NCBI GenBank assembly: GCA_044892525.1 | Contig: CM097885.1 | Coordinates: 11,906,001-11,970,000 of the forward strand | Length of the DNA: 64,000 nt | From: Schmidtea polychroa | Lineage: Eukaryota | Reading direction: 5' to 3' | Shown here: positions 43,523 through 57,399 of the stretch, one piece after another | Position numbering within the stretch: the stretch's first letter is position 1 | How the letters are laid out: every line of letters begins with the position of its first letter | Notes under the pieces: generated by a model | What the model was told of the DNA's origin: nothing | The model's input: only the letters and a program-made list of their open reading frames with translations | The model's database searches: none | Made by a program: the position numbers and the translations under genes

Positions 43523-43859
43523 ATGGATTCCAAATTGAACCGAGATATTTATATTATTTTGTCACTTTTTATCGCTATTATTATACCAAAGAAAATATTT
43601 GCAACTCTTTCTGTTAAAAATGACATTGACCAAAAATTATCTAAACTCACTAACCAAAATATTATTTATCCAGACGAAGCGGTTCTCTTTCACCAATCGG
43701 AACTTTGTCGAGACGAAGAACTAAAGAACAACTTGCAATGCTTCAAAGAAATACCGGAAGAGAACTATGAAGCACTAATCGGTGATACTATTCTCATCAA
43801 GTGCATTGTAGCAAATCAGAAAGGCAAAGCTCAATGGCGGATTGAAGATCGAATGTTGG
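43523..43859 (+). CDS. First coding exon of a nephrin/Kirre(Neph)-like Ig-superfamily cell-adhesion protein
   Basis: ATG 43523; hydrophobic signal-like segment IYIILSLFIAIII; first half of an Ig domain QCFKEIPEENYEALIGDTILIKCIVANQKGKAQWRIEDRMLG matching the Q.F...P...A..G..V.L.C.V.N..G..QW..D...LG pattern; phase-1 donor G|GTAAGA at 43859/43860. Confidence 0.85.
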
Positions 43860-44190
43860 GTAAGATTATTTTAAATAAAAAACAACATAAAATTTATTAT
43901 TAAATAAAAAATGGGAATTAATTTCATTTCTTGGAAATGTTTTTACAGAGAATTCATTTTCATACTCCAATGCTTCAATGGGATAATAAATAAAAATTCC
44001 AAACTGGCAATAGAAGTCTTTTCATAAACTCTTGATTTGTTGACAATTTATAAGGAGTATAAAATAAAAATAATGAACTTTTCATAGAATTTTTTAAATA
44101 ATTATAAATTCTTTAATTCACAATTTATTGCAAAAACCATTCAATAAAATACATAATTAATTAATTAAATAATTAATAATACAATAATAC

Positions 44191-44335
44191 TTATAACAAC
44201 TTTTTTCAAATTTAACCACTGATTTCTTTGCAATTAAAATTGTATTTATTAAATAGCTGGACTATAAATTAGTAAATATATCAAAAAAACTTCGATATCT
44301 TTTACTCAAGGTTTTTAATAAATACAATGACAATA
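44191..44335. repeat. Family A palindrome with core deleted
   Basis: Reverse-complement tail (ACCACTGATTTCTTTG..TTGTATTTATTAAA..GACTATAAATTAGTAAATAT) joined to forward tail (ATATCAAAAAAACTTCGATATC..TTTTAATAAATACAATG). Confidence 0.7.
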
Positions 44336-44957
44336 ATAATTATTATTATAATTCAATAATTTTACATATTAATTTTTATAAATCAAAACAATAGATAAGC
44401 TACACGATAAGGTCTTACAAACATTAATATGAAAATTATTGAATTTAAAAAATGATCAAAAGTGAAACCAAAAGTTAAATTTAATATTTATTATAATAAT
44501 AATATACAATTCAATAAAGATTCCAAACTCAGTAATTATATCATTTGAAAATATTTCCCGATAATATTATAAGCGGTCTAATTAACAATATATGGAAATA
44601 GGTGTACAAATGTGTCGAATTGTAAGATTTAAATAATTTTTACGTTTAATAACACATTTTCTATAGTGTAAAAAGAAATGAAAACAAATGAATTTCAAAT
44701 TAAAATAGATAAATGACGAAATGAATAGTTTTCACCGAAAATATTTTTCAACAATAATATGGGAACAAAGCATGGAATGATAATAATTGTTCTAAATAAT
44801 AAACAAACATTGCACAAAAGGTATTATTTTGTTTAAAATTACATAATTGTATTTCAGTTTTGATTTATTGTTAGGAATTATTTTCAATAAATATTTTACA
44901 GTAATATTTATTTATTAATTTTAACTAAATCTTTATTAAATTGAATAAATTAAAAAA

Positions 44958-45102
44958 TTCACTTGAAAAAGGCATTGCCGAAAATTTGTGTGCATCAACA
45001 AACATCGATATATTACTGATTTATAGTCTTCAAGCTCTCTTTTTAATAAATTCAATGGAAAAAATAATCAGTGGTAAAATTGGAAGAAAATAAGTTCTTA
45101 TA
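44958..45102 (+). repeat. Family A HHR-variant repeat, full unit
   Basis: TTCAC TTGAAAAA GGCATTGCC GAAAATTT GTG plus the whole tail to AAGTTCTTATAAT. Confidence 0.85.
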
Positions 45103-47049
45103 ATAAATATTTTATATATAGCCACAAAAATGGAACGATTTTATACGAATTAATAAAAATAAAACTTGAGTACAATTACGAGGACTCATCTTTTTAAAAA
45201 TTAAAAATCGGAAAACATCCTATAAAACAATAAAAAACCAAAAATGAAAATTCCATTTTAAAATCTGCAAAATATTCTAAGAAACATTATTTGTTGATTT
45301 GTTTGTTTGTTGAAATAGAAATTAAACTTTAAATTATTTAAATAATAAATGAGAAGGAGAAGAAGGAGAAAGTTCTTATTATGTAATAGGAAAAGAAAAA
45401 ACATTAAAAAAAATTTAAATCCTCAAAGGTTTGGTTATTATATTTCTATCAACTTTTATATTATGTTTAAGCTTATTTTTCACCAAATATATTTGGAAAT
45501 TACACCAACAGCGACCAAAACTAACATGTGGTTTAAGAAATAACGAGAGAAGTATATCATAGTGTTCCCCATTATTTTTACAATACTCGATAAATGTCCT
45601 CGGCATTTCATCCAAATTAAGTCTACAGTAAGCAATAAATTTAAAATAAAATCACTGCTAAAAAGTTAATTAAAGAAAATTAGGGACTGCTATAATATTC
45701 ATTGGAAAACACAAATACAGATAAAAATTACAGATTGCTAAGATTGCTGACACTAATTACAATGAAATATATCAAAATTCTTTTCATTTAAAATTTAATT
45801 GAATCCCACGGTAATTCTGTATGTCTTTCACGTATGGTTTTACATAACGAATTTTATTTTGCTATTAATCATATTATGTCATAAATAATTCATGCCATTT
45901 TTACAAAAGCAAGATATAACAATAATTTTGAGAAAGCAGCAGTTGTCTAGAAACCACTTTCTCTTGTATTTTCATTTGAAATTGTTCATACAGAATATAT
46001 TTAGAATCAAAATAAACATAGCATATAAATCCATTTAGTAAAACAAAAAAAACAGATAAAATATAACAAAAAATATACAGTTAAATTTTGACTAATAAAA
46101 GACAAAATAAAGGTAACATGAGAAAAAAATAAAGTTTAGTATTAAACTGAAACTAAATTGTAAAATTTTGTTTTAGTCATTCGACAACCAAAAACCATTT
46201 GATTCTATTTAATCACTTACCCCCATTGGATGACAGGACAAACTTTAATTGTGTTTAATTCTATTTAGTCACATGAATGACATAAATTTTTTTATATGAC
46301 TACGTTGTAAGATACTAAATGTTTTAATTTAAAATAAAATTAATAATAAAAACTTAATTTTGCTTATTTTGTTTAAATTAATAAACAATATTATTTTTGT
46401 TATTATAAGATAATTAATAAATGATACAATACGCCTTGTGGTAGCTTGCCTACTATATTTTGCCTTGCATATTGATTATGCATTTGATATTTTTTATTAA
46501 TAAATTTTTGACCCCTTTATGTGGCATGAAAACAAAAATGAAAATTGTCAACAATAGACGACAAGTTTTATTTTAGTTTTTTTAACGGTTGGTTGGTGTT
46601 CACTTTTATATGGGGTCTTTTAAAACGCCAATTACTTTCTTAAATTTTGCAAGAGAAAATGATTGGTTTACTGTATTATTTACTGAGAACATTTTTCTAA
46701 ATGAAGGAATTCACTGAAGTAAATCATGCATAGTCTTCTAAGTTGGATATAACATAGTCCTTTATTGTGACTCATTTATTACTTTTACACTATTATTTTT
46801 GACAGAATCCTATTGTATTATTAAAAAATCTTAAACTAAAATAGTCTGTTTGTTATATTCATGGACCTCAATTGGAAAAATGTTCAAGATCACTGCTAAA
46901 ATAATTTATATTTTTTAATTTATCATTTTTAATTTTTAACAGATGTTTCAAACAGCCAGACAATTCTAAATATCCTAAATATAGTATCAAGTGATGATTG
47001 CTTGGTAGCAGCATTAATTAAATTTAAAATCAATTAAATGAAAATTTAA

Positions 47050-47157
47050 GCCTTTTGCTGCGAATAATATATTTAATGAAAAAGTTTAGACTTTTTTGAA
47101 AGGACTATCTAATAATCGAAAATTTTTTCATTAAATATATTATTCGCAGCAAAAGGC
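47050..47157. mobile_element. 108-bp hairpin MITE flanked by TTAA
   Basis: Perfect 34-bp inverted repeats GCCTTTTGCTGCGAATAATATATTTAATGAAAAA (47050-83 / 47124-57); TTAA at 47046-49 and 47158-61. Confidence 0.85.
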
Positions 47158-47214
47158 TTAAATAATTATTTAATCGTTTTTATATCCTAAATATAATTTT
47201 TCTATTGTAGATAA

Positions 47215-48140
47215 TGAAAGGATTACGTCGAGCTAGTAAATCAATTGCAAATATTATTCTTCTTGGAATGGATTCTTCTGATGATGAAGATAGTTTTGTG
47301 ATAGAATAAGAAAATAATAATGTTGCTGGTGTTGGAAATGGTGATAATACAATACTGATAGTGACATATATATTCCTCAAGGTAAAATAAATGAAGAAAA
47401 TGATAGTTACATGTAATTGTGAATATGCCGATAAGTCTAGTGAAGAAGAACATGATATTAGTGGAGCAGGAGATGACCAAATGAAATCTGCAAATGGTAA
47501 AATTTAGGAAAAAGTAACTAATTGTCAAACAGGTGGAAAAAAGAGAAGCAATATATATATATAATTTAACCGATGGATTTCAAAAAGGTTGTATCCCAAC
47601 TCCATAAATGAAGCATTTGAAATATTCTTTCAAAAAAGTATGGAGACTCGCAGAATATATTATAATAAGTAAAAATGAAATATAGAAAGTCAAGGAAACA
47701 AATTTCATAAGTAGAAATGAAGTGTTTCGTAGGGCTCCATCTGATTGCTGGTGTTTACAAAGCTTCTCATAAGCACATATAAAAGCTTTGGTCTGAAGCT
47801 GATAGCAATCTAATATTCCAAACTTATGTGAGTTTTGGGTGTTTTAAAACTATAAAATCTGCAGTTAGAATCGCTGAAACTTTACACATGGACACATTCA
47901 ATCAGATTTATTATAATAAAACAAATTTGTTTGTTTCCGTTTGTGTCTTGTAATATGTTTTTAGAGCCGGGTCCTTAAAAGACCCAAATGTCTATAAAGC
48001 AATAATTATAAAAACAAAGTCTTCAATCTTAGAGTTTACTATAGCAAAAAGAGCATATATGTCTAAACAAAAGTCATAGAAATTTTTATGTACAAATAAG
48101 TGCTCTGGGTCTTAAAAAGACCCCGCAACACACACTAACC
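47215..48140 (+). mobile_element. Internally deleted piggyBac element (transposase N-terminal part plus right subterminal repeats)
   Basis: Acidic N-terminus, then VEMKCFVGLHLIAGVYKASHKHI*KLWSEADSNLIFQTYVSFGCFKTIKSAVRI; GGGTC-N-GACCC palindromes at ~47968 and ~48107. Confidence 0.85.
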
Positions 48141-50002
48141 TTTAATAAAATTTAAATATGACTGCAAAGGCTTATTATATTATTTATTTTATATTTAATT
48201 GATACTGCTACAAGGAAATAATTGTTTTATATTATTTTTTTCATTGAAAATTTATAAAAGAAAATTAGAAAAAAATATTTTTCTAAATTGAAATGAATAA
48301 AAATCTTTAGAAAACAATTACTCTATCTTTGATTTTAATAATTATCTAAATTCAAGATTAAAGCGAAATTAAAATTTGACAATTAATAATTACTAAAAAC
48401 GATAAAATTAAACAAAAATTATAAATGTTCAAAATATACGGATACCAGCTAGATATTTTTTTACAAATATTATTCAAATCATAAAAAATAAAATTTAAAC
48501 AAAATTCTTTAAAGTAAAAAGATGTGAATATATTTAAAAATTAATTACATCATAGTTATTTGTTAAAACTGCAAATGCGGAGTGATAAAAAGGCTAGAAC
48601 TAATGAACACACTATATTACTAATTACATTTAATTATACACATCTATTGTTAATCTATTGTTAATCTATTGTTAATTACAATAAAAAGAAAAAGAAAAAC
48701 TAAAAAACTTTGCTTAAATAACGTATTGTCTGGTAGTTTTTACAGAGCCGAAGCTTTTGCAATTTTAGCAGTTGGTCTTCGTTTTCATTTAGTAATATTG
48801 CGTGTGAATAAGTGGTAAATATGATGAAGGTATTATGCATTAAATTGGTACAGTATTACATCAAAATTTAAACAAAATATTTAACATTATTTTTAATAAT
48901 TATTTGTAATAACAATTTACAAAAATTTGATTTGTTTACATGTTGCTATTGAAACACGTACAAAATTCCTAATTTCACAAAAATTATTTATTTTAATAAT
49001 TTTAATAAAGTTATTATAAAAATTCTGCATGTCTAACATTTTATGAAAATTTAATATTTTGCAACTTTTCGAATTACTTTTTATTTTTGCTAAGATATGA
49101 TAGAAGAAGTTTCTTAGTGAAAATATATTTCATACAAACAATGAATGAACCATGACTAAAACGGGGTAGCTAATTGTTAATAAAAATATGAAAAAAAATT
49201 ATTGCGTTTGTATTTGATGGAACGTGAAAGATTATTTTCATCACGAAGATTGACTATTTTGATGACTAGTGTAAATAGCTATGTTGTTTACTTTTATAAA
49301 AGGTTACTTATGCAATAATTACATACATAATGATTGACCTAATATGTAAAGTATTACTGTATTTCTATATAAATTGGATTTGAAATAAAACTGTTAAGGA
49401 TGGTGTTTAAAATATCACGGAAAATGAGGATAATATATTAAAGTAAATTGAAAAAAATGAGTTATTGTTAGTGATATAAAATGACAGTGGGAAAAAATAT
49501 GAAAAGTATGTTAGATAAAAAATTTGCAGGTAAAATTGTGTATAAGTAATAAATTATGTTAACAATAAACAAATTGTTTTTCAAAGGTCTCTTAGATAAC
49601 TGGGGAAATATATCCAAACAGTGATGATTTACAATTGTAAAATGAATAATGTAGTGTAAAGATTAGTTATTTCATTATATAATTAATTTCTGAATGGGTG
49701 CATAATAATTAAATTAATTTTATCCTGTATGAATTCTGATTGGTGCATTAATGGCATCTGAGCAATTTAATTATACAAGTTACTTCGAATTTTAATTCGT
49801 GCATTTTTTAGTATTATTGATGCTATCGATTATTGAATTACTGATAGATAATTGCAAATTGTTTTCTATATTGCAGGAAAACTATTTTTTAATGAAATAG
49901 ATATTTTTTAAATTAAAGTTTAAGAAAAAACAGTTTAAACAGTTATACTTTTGTTCATTTTTGTTCAGATTTTCTTATATGAATCATATATGAATTATTT
50001 AA

Positions 50003-50400
50003 CCCTTTAATGGACAATGACGTGTATACACGTCATACTACTGCGTTCTGTTTATATAAATTGTTTGCATTTAATGTCTATAGAAATTTGTTCAGTATAA
50101 AAAAAGTGTCCCGGTGAAAAGTTATAATTACTGCATTTCCTTCATTTTGCTATTTTCAGAATTTCATTATCTTTAAAAATGTAAAAGATATGGCAAGTGA
50201 CGTTCTGGGAACAGCAACTAAAAACGTGCGTCAGCGAAAGGATAAAAGATTGTTGAGCCCAACAACACATCCTGTAAAGAAAAGCATTACGACTGTTTGA
50301 GTGATGTTATATTAAGAGTGCAATTATTGTGATTACGTATGTTAATATATAGGAATAATAAAATAAAATTAAAACTACAAATTTAAGAAGAATATTACTT
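50003..50400 (+). mobile_element. piggyBac-type left end / remnant
   Basis: TTAA|CCCTTTAATGGACA followed by the palindrome ATGACGTGTATACACGTCAT; the matching right TIR was not found. Confidence 0.5.
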
Positions 50401-50924
50401 TCCTAAGATAAGTTAGGTTTTGAAAAATTATGAATTTGACCTCCTATTCCAAAAAAGAGCTGAGTTTTAAACTGATAAAGTGAAATTAATATGTTTAGCA
50501 CTATTGTTGCAGGAATTTTAAATGATATAGATAAAGAAGTTACGAAAAATGAATAAAAGTTTACTATAAATAATAAAATATTCGAGCAAGCTTTTTCGTG
50601 TCTGAAAATAAATAAGTCAAAATCGATGGTGACTGACTGCAATTTAAAAGCAGTATTGCGAATCACAATCAGTAAACTAGTTCCACAGTTCAAAAACATT
50701 ATCCAAAATTATGAGCAGACACACGCGTTTCATTGATTGTAATTGTACACTGTTCAGATTGTATGTAAATAAATTTCCGTCTTTTTTATAATTATGATAT
50801 GATTGGTAATAATAAATGTTTTTAAATAACTAATAATATGAAAATCTTATTATCAAATTAAGAACTTTTTCAAATTGTATAGTAAAATGTGATGTAGTGT
50901 AAAATATAAGTAAAGTAGATAAAA

Positions 50925-51179
50925 TTATTATAAGAACTTTAATTTCTTCCAATTTCACCACTGATTATTTTATCTATTGAATTAAAAAGAGAGTTTGAAA
51001 ATTATAAATCAGTAATATATCGATGTTTGTTGATATTCACGAATTTTCGGCACTGCCTTTTTCAAGTGAATTGTCGCTTGAAAAAGGCAGTGCCAAAAAT
51101 TCGTGAGTATCAACAAACATCGATATATTACTGATTTATAGTCTTCAAACTCTCTTTTTAATTCAAAGTAGATAAAATA
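50925..51179. repeat. Family A head-to-head pair with two HHR-variant cores
   Basis: Minus core 51036-51070 (intact) and plus core 51074-51106 (G12 to A), each followed outward by the tail. Confidence 0.9.
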
Positions 51180-51334
51180 TATATACGGCCTTCGAAAACA
51201 ATAAATTTTTCAATGTGGCCATCCGTAGAAAAAGTTCGACCACACATAATCTAACTGGATGTTCATAAAATTGTTTTAATCAAATTGTTTAGAAATTTTC
51301 TAAAATCTCTTAGAACTGTTAATGTATATTCGAT

Positions 51335-51472
51335 GTTATCAGTAAATTGAGCGGTTAAAATCTAGAGCCTAATTGTAAAGTTATTGGGTTCAATCCCAGA
51401 AGGAGTTTAAATTTCTTACATGGTACAGATAAAAGCCAGATATTATATTGTCATCAAAAATTGTACCAAATT

Positions 51473-51503
<31 letters not shown>
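51335..51503 (+). mobile_element. Degenerate tRNA-derived SINE-like sequence
   Basis: A-box-like TAAATTGAGCGG, T-arm/B-box TTGGG-TTCAAT-CCCAG at tRNA-like spacing, (TA)n tail; no intact cloverleaf. Confidence 0.4.
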
Positions 51504-51508
<5 letters not shown>

Positions 51509-52879
51509 CAGCCTACCAGCAAATATTCAAAAGGACTAAAATAATTATGCATAACCAAAACATTAATAAAATTTTCTTAGGAAAACCTTCAAATTAAAAT
51601 GTAATAAAATTATTTTTATAAGTTGAATTTTCAAGTAATTATTAAAATAAATACAATAAATAATTTGTTCATAATTTCGGAATTTAATCAAATTCACAAA
51701 AGCAATTTTCTAATATCCATTCCAAAATCAACCTGACAAATTCAAATTAATAAATTTTTATATAAAATCTAATAAATCTAATTTATATTTAATTAATAAA
51801 TACTTTCCGACATATTTGATTCAGTAAAGAATTTGTTTTCTTAGTTCTATAAATAATTCTAGTTTTCCGTCTAGTTGTTATAATGATCTGTAAAAAAATT
51901 TCTCTTGTGAGAATTATGCTTTTTTAATATTTATTATAACATATCTTTGTTTGTTTTAATTATATAAGTTTGAGAATTCAAATTTCAGTGTAATTAATTG
52001 AGATTATTATTAACGAAAAATACTAATAATAAATATACTAATAATAAATACTAAAAAAACTGTCATAGTTAATAAATATTTAAAATTTAAAATTACACTA
52101 CTAAAATTGAAACCATCTCAAATTTTATCCGTTTATATTGTCAATGTAGGAGAAGAATTAAAATTGATTGATTCAAACAAATTGTGAATGGATAATATAA
52201 AATAGTTAAATATTTATTAAAATAATAATAAATAAACATTTTAGAATTTATTAATCATAATAAAATTTTAATTTTATTGATAATTTTATTCGTTATATTT
52301 TTATATTTTTATAGGCATTATGGTGAATCATGTTTGTGATTTGATTTTTGTCATTATATAAATAAAAATTTAATATATAAATATTCGTCAGATGATATAG
52401 ACTATCATAAACTCCCAAAAATAATTGGAAATAAAAATTATAATTAAATTAATTTAATGATTAATTTATAATTAATTAAATAATTAAATAAAAATCAAGA
52501 AAATCTTAAAATGACAAAATAATTAAAAATGCTTATGTAAAACGGTTGTCAGTAAAATGGTTGATCTGAAATTCCAAATTTCGAACAAAAACAAACTATT
52601 TCTGATTGTGAAGAAACAATTGAAAATTATACAACTCTTAAAAGAGTTGCAAAATCAAGTCAAATATTTGGAAAAACAAAATGAAAATAATTAAAAATTA
52701 TCCCAAAATCAAGTAGCAATGAATTCCTTAAGTTTTATTCATTTTATTTTGTCAATGAGCCGTAACATAGTTTGATACAAATGACTGGTTGTTCAGAGGC
52801 TATTGAAGATTTCAGAACTCATGGTGAACATAAAATAGTAAAAAGTCTGTAAAAATGACGAATTCATTTTAATTTTGTT

Positions 52880-53190
52880 TTTATCCAAATATATACACCG
52901 AGCCAACGAATCATTTTTTCAATTTATGCCTTTAAAATCAACAGAGTTTTTGGACTGAGAAAAAAAGATTCATTTTGATTATGATAAAAAACATTTTAAT
53001 CTCTTAAATTGAAAAAATTTTTAAAGAAGCACAAAATTAAAGTTCCAGTTCCAACGGACTAGCAGAAAGACAGTTCAGAACGATTAGAGATTATTCAAAT
53101 GCTTCATTAAAATCAAGCAACACGATGATTGTTTAAATATTATCAGAAATATAATTCACAATTAATGCTTTTATACAAACATCAAAAGAT
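52880..53190 (+). mobile_element. Gypsy integrase remnant
   Basis: SNGLAERQFRTIRDYSNASLK (catalytic E region, NG.AER motif) at ~53050-53115. Confidence 0.75.
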
Positions 53191-55234
53191 TAAAGGTCAG
53201 CAGAAATAACATTGAGGAAATCAATTACAAACAAAGAAATAAAATCAACTATAAAGTTCTAAAAAACGGAAAGAAAGATGTAAAGATAGATAAATTCTTT
53301 CAACTCTTGAATTTTTTTGTTTGACATATCTGTAACTGCAGCATACATTTTTACAATTTCAAGCCAAAATTGTAGACTAAAATTAATTGAAAATTAAAAA
53401 TAAAAACGGTGCATTATAAAAAATGTGCATTCAAAACACTAGATATATTAGTAAATTAATTAATTTTAACAAAAATAGCAACAATCGATGACTAATTATA
53501 TTTTCATAGCTTATAGATATTACCGACATATGCAGTGCAAAAGGTAAATTGTCATAAAATAATTTATCTTATTTAAGATCAACTATTAATAAATGAAATA
53601 TTTATAAAAAATATAAGTAATTTTTAATTTAATTTAGTAGTAAAATTTTAAACATATTTTTATCAATTCACCATTATCAAACAAAATCACTAAATTATTA
53701 GAATTGTTCAAATATTCGATTTAACAGGGATCAAATTTAAAAATTGCGGGTTTTTCATAAGTATTAAAAACGGTGAAAACGAGCTTTGAAAATGACAACT
53801 AAATGTGATAAGATTTTATAATATTTTAATTAAATTTAAATAAGTTTTTAAACAGCCATTTTGTTAAATATAAGAAATAAATTTCACAATATTCACAATA
53901 ATAAAGCAATTAACAGTCATTTTATTGATAATAAGTTGCGTAATATTGGTGAACTTTGAACGTTCTAGGTAAATGATTAAATAAATTTTATTCTATATTT
54001 ACTAAAACTTTATTAAAAACATTCAACACATACGTATTCACTGCATTCTGCATATTGAATATTAATTTTTATTAATAAAATCTTTACCGTGTTTTTTTAA
54101 GTATAGATAAATATTATTATTATATTTATAAGTTATTTTTTTAAATTTATACAGATATTTTTTAATGAAAATTTGTATTTTTTAATATTTTCATAATTTT
54201 CGATTTTTAAGGCTTTTGAACCGCACTTTAGACAAGCTTGCTTTAGAGGGATGCACAGCCCCATACGTTTGGAAACCACTGATATAAATCATACTTCAGT
54301 GTCCGGTAGTTAAACAATTGTATTTTTATAATAATTTTAATAAAGAAATATATTAGATTAATGTCTTAAAAATAAAATAGAAAAACATGTGTGGCAGTCA
54401 ACGTGTTAATATTATTATACATATACCAACTTACCAACATAAATTGGAGTCATAATTATATTTTGTCTATTTTGATTTTATATAAATTTTCAAATTGTTT
54501 GAAATATTCATGTATTTGTATTATTTTATGTGAACAATAAAATTATCTGTAGTTACAAAACTCTATGGATAATTTTCTATTTCAATTGCTGACAGTTAGT
54601 TTTATTAAAACAAAAACATATTAAAGCTTTCTTATAATATCTAAATAATAAATGCTAGAAATCTAAAAAATTCATTAATTATATTTGTTTCCTTACGAAA
54701 CAATTTCATGCATAAAAGAAGCAATTATATCTTTTACAATTCTCCTTTTACAATCATCACAGATATAAGCAGAAACAAAAATTGAAAACATTAAACAAAA
54801 CTGACTATGCCAATTTCCAATTTTCTTTAATAAATCCAGTTCAATTGCTACAATATTTTCAATAATTAGATTCAATGTCAAATAAATTTGATTTTCCCAT
54901 TCTTGATGGACAAAATTATGCCATAAAATGGGGATTCTGGACAGAATTTATGTAAAATGAAAATTTTCAGAAAACAATTAAACAATTAAATGTTTCATTA
55001 TTCAATTGTTTTAAATGAATAAATTTTTAAAGTTTTAGTATATTTATTTTTGTAATTTTCTAGTTGACTGATAAATAGTCAATCTGAAATAAAAAAATTA
55101 ACTTACTAATAAAAATACTGTTTAGCCGTTTTATTAAATATATAGCTAAATGTATATTTTTTGTTTTTTTTAGCAAGAAACAAATTTATAAGATTGAAAA
55201 GGAATTACACAATAATTACATAGTAAATGCATAA

Positions 55235-55413
55235 TACACCATTTCCAAATTGAATCTATTTTAAGCAGATAAAATATGAATATTGATATATTTTTCATGT
55301 ATTTTTCCAGTATTCAGTATAATTATTCACGTGATTTTGTGATCATGCCAAGAATGTGTATGTATGCATGAATATTTTTTTGCATATAGCAGATTCAATT
55401 TAGAAATGGTGTA
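55235..55413. mobile_element. Short inverted-repeat element (MITE)
   Basis: TACACCATTTCCAAATTGAATCT ... AGATTCAATTTAGAAATGGTGTA; the same terminus recurs at ~61018. Confidence 0.7.
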
Positions 55414-56710
55414 TTTAGATTATTTATAAATTTTTTATAAATTCTTTTATAAATAAATTATAAATGGCTGGGTTTTCGCAGTATTTTCGGAATATTCACA
55501 TAACTCCCATAATAAATAGTAACAATCTAAATTGAACAATCACATTACTTTAAATTTAAATTTTATTTGAAATTAATTATTACTCCTAATTATACCAATA
55601 ATTCTTATATCTATTATAATGTTATCAATATTATTACAATTATTATTTATTGTCCCCCTTCCGCAAGTAGATAATGTAGTTTTCTGTTATTTAAATGAAT
55701 TTTTTATTTCAATAATTATTTCTAGTTTATTCTGTTAACTTGTTGAATTATTCAAGACAGAGGGGCACCCCGATTGTACTAAGATATTTTGTAAAGTTGA
55801 CTGTCAGCTTCGGAAAATAAGAATAACAATTAATATACAATTACACGCCTCATAATATAAAATATTATAATATATCATTCACAGCAGGAATAAACCCAAC
55901 ATATGTACGTATACCTGTCTGTATGTTTTATGTTTTTTTTCAACATTCATTTTTCTTTTTTCTTCTCATTAACAGCCGGTTTGAAAGCTATTCCTTTATT
56001 ATTATAATTGTTCGTTACTATGCATAAAATATTTTTTTATCTTTAATTGTTGGTTGATAAGTTTTTCCAGTTATTCAATGTCCTTAGTTGATTACCTTAT
56101 CACTTATTTATTACTATTCATCCTTGATTGGTGTGACGTGATATTTCTGTAATTGTAAAAGAGAAGTTTGTCAAATGATCTGATCATTAATTTGCAAAAT
56201 ATAAATATTCTTGTCTATGAAATATATATTTTTTTTGTATTCAAATGAATCTTACTCTATATTTTCTTGTAATTTTCAAGGCCGACTCCTTCCTGATACA
56301 TTATTTATACTGCAAATTTTAATAAAATTGAAATATAGAATGTATATTTATAAGGAATTACAAAAAAGATTTTTATTAAGTCAACAAAAATAAAAATATA
56401 TAAATAACACTAGCATTCAAACAAATTATATATTGTCAGAATAATTTTAATAATATCGTAATTATATCATTAACAGTCAACATATATCATTATTGTATAT
56501 TATTCTGATATCTCTACTTCCGATTTTCATGTTTAACACGAAAACTGATTAATGTTTTTTAATTTCATTTGTAACATCATTTTGGTTTTATTATATGGTT
56601 ATCAGAGATACATGTTTTATTCTTATACAAATTATTTCAGTGTAAATTGTCTTAAAATTAATTATTCAATTTAATTACACAATACAAATAAATAATAGAT
56701 TAAACAGCGT

Positions 56711-56820
56711 AAGCTTGGTGATACCAGGTGCAAGTCCCAATAATAGACTAGTTTTTGGCTCTCATCAGTACTATGCAAGATATCTGAATATTTCTTTTCG
56801 CGTCAGGTAAGTATACAATA
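56711..56820 (-). repeat. Third family B copy, HHR with stem II/GAAA deletion
   Basis: Minus strand TATTGTATACTTACCTGACGCG...TGCATAGTACTGATGAGAGCCAAAAACTAGTCTATTATTG. Confidence 0.85.
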
Positions 56821-57399
56821 AATCTCTTCAAAGAAAAACAAAGGTAAGCAACTAACAAATTCGCTCTGTTCAAGAATCTTTGATCTTTTCCAATGGTTAA
56901 AATCTTCATATTCCAAATTCCGTTCAGACATTCTTCTTTTAATCTACAAGTCGTTTTTTATTAAACTTTTTAAAATTAGAAAACCTTTTAAAACTCAAAA
57001 ACTTTTATTTACCAGGTAAAAAAATACAAAATTTAAAAAATTCACCTTTTTAAAACAACTTTCCAATCTTACATAAAATTACCAAAATCCAAATAAATCC
57101 TAAAATCAATTCCAATAATTCGAAATATCAATTTAACAAATAAATTCCAAAAAAATTATTGTTCGCGTCTGTATGCGCACACATAATAAGTCCAATTTCA
57201 GAAAACGAAACGCACACTGACGCGACAAATAAACTCAGGATTGACTATATAATATGATTTTATTTATATATTCGAATACATTCGTGTGATTATTATTTCA
57301 TAATTAAAAAAAAACAATATAATAAAAAATTATAAATTAAATATGTATATATTAAATATTATATATACATATTTAATACAAAACTTTTAGTTGTTTCTT

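Noticed and set aside
46942..47030. Possible second exon of the Ig gene after TTTTTAACAG
   Set aside because: The phase-1 frame lacks the D-x-A/G-x-Y-x-C motif and a clear donor; the YPKYSI-like frame has the wrong phase and stops.
51335..51405. Functional tRNA gene
   Set aside because: Acceptor and anticodon stems do not pair; only A/B-box remnants.
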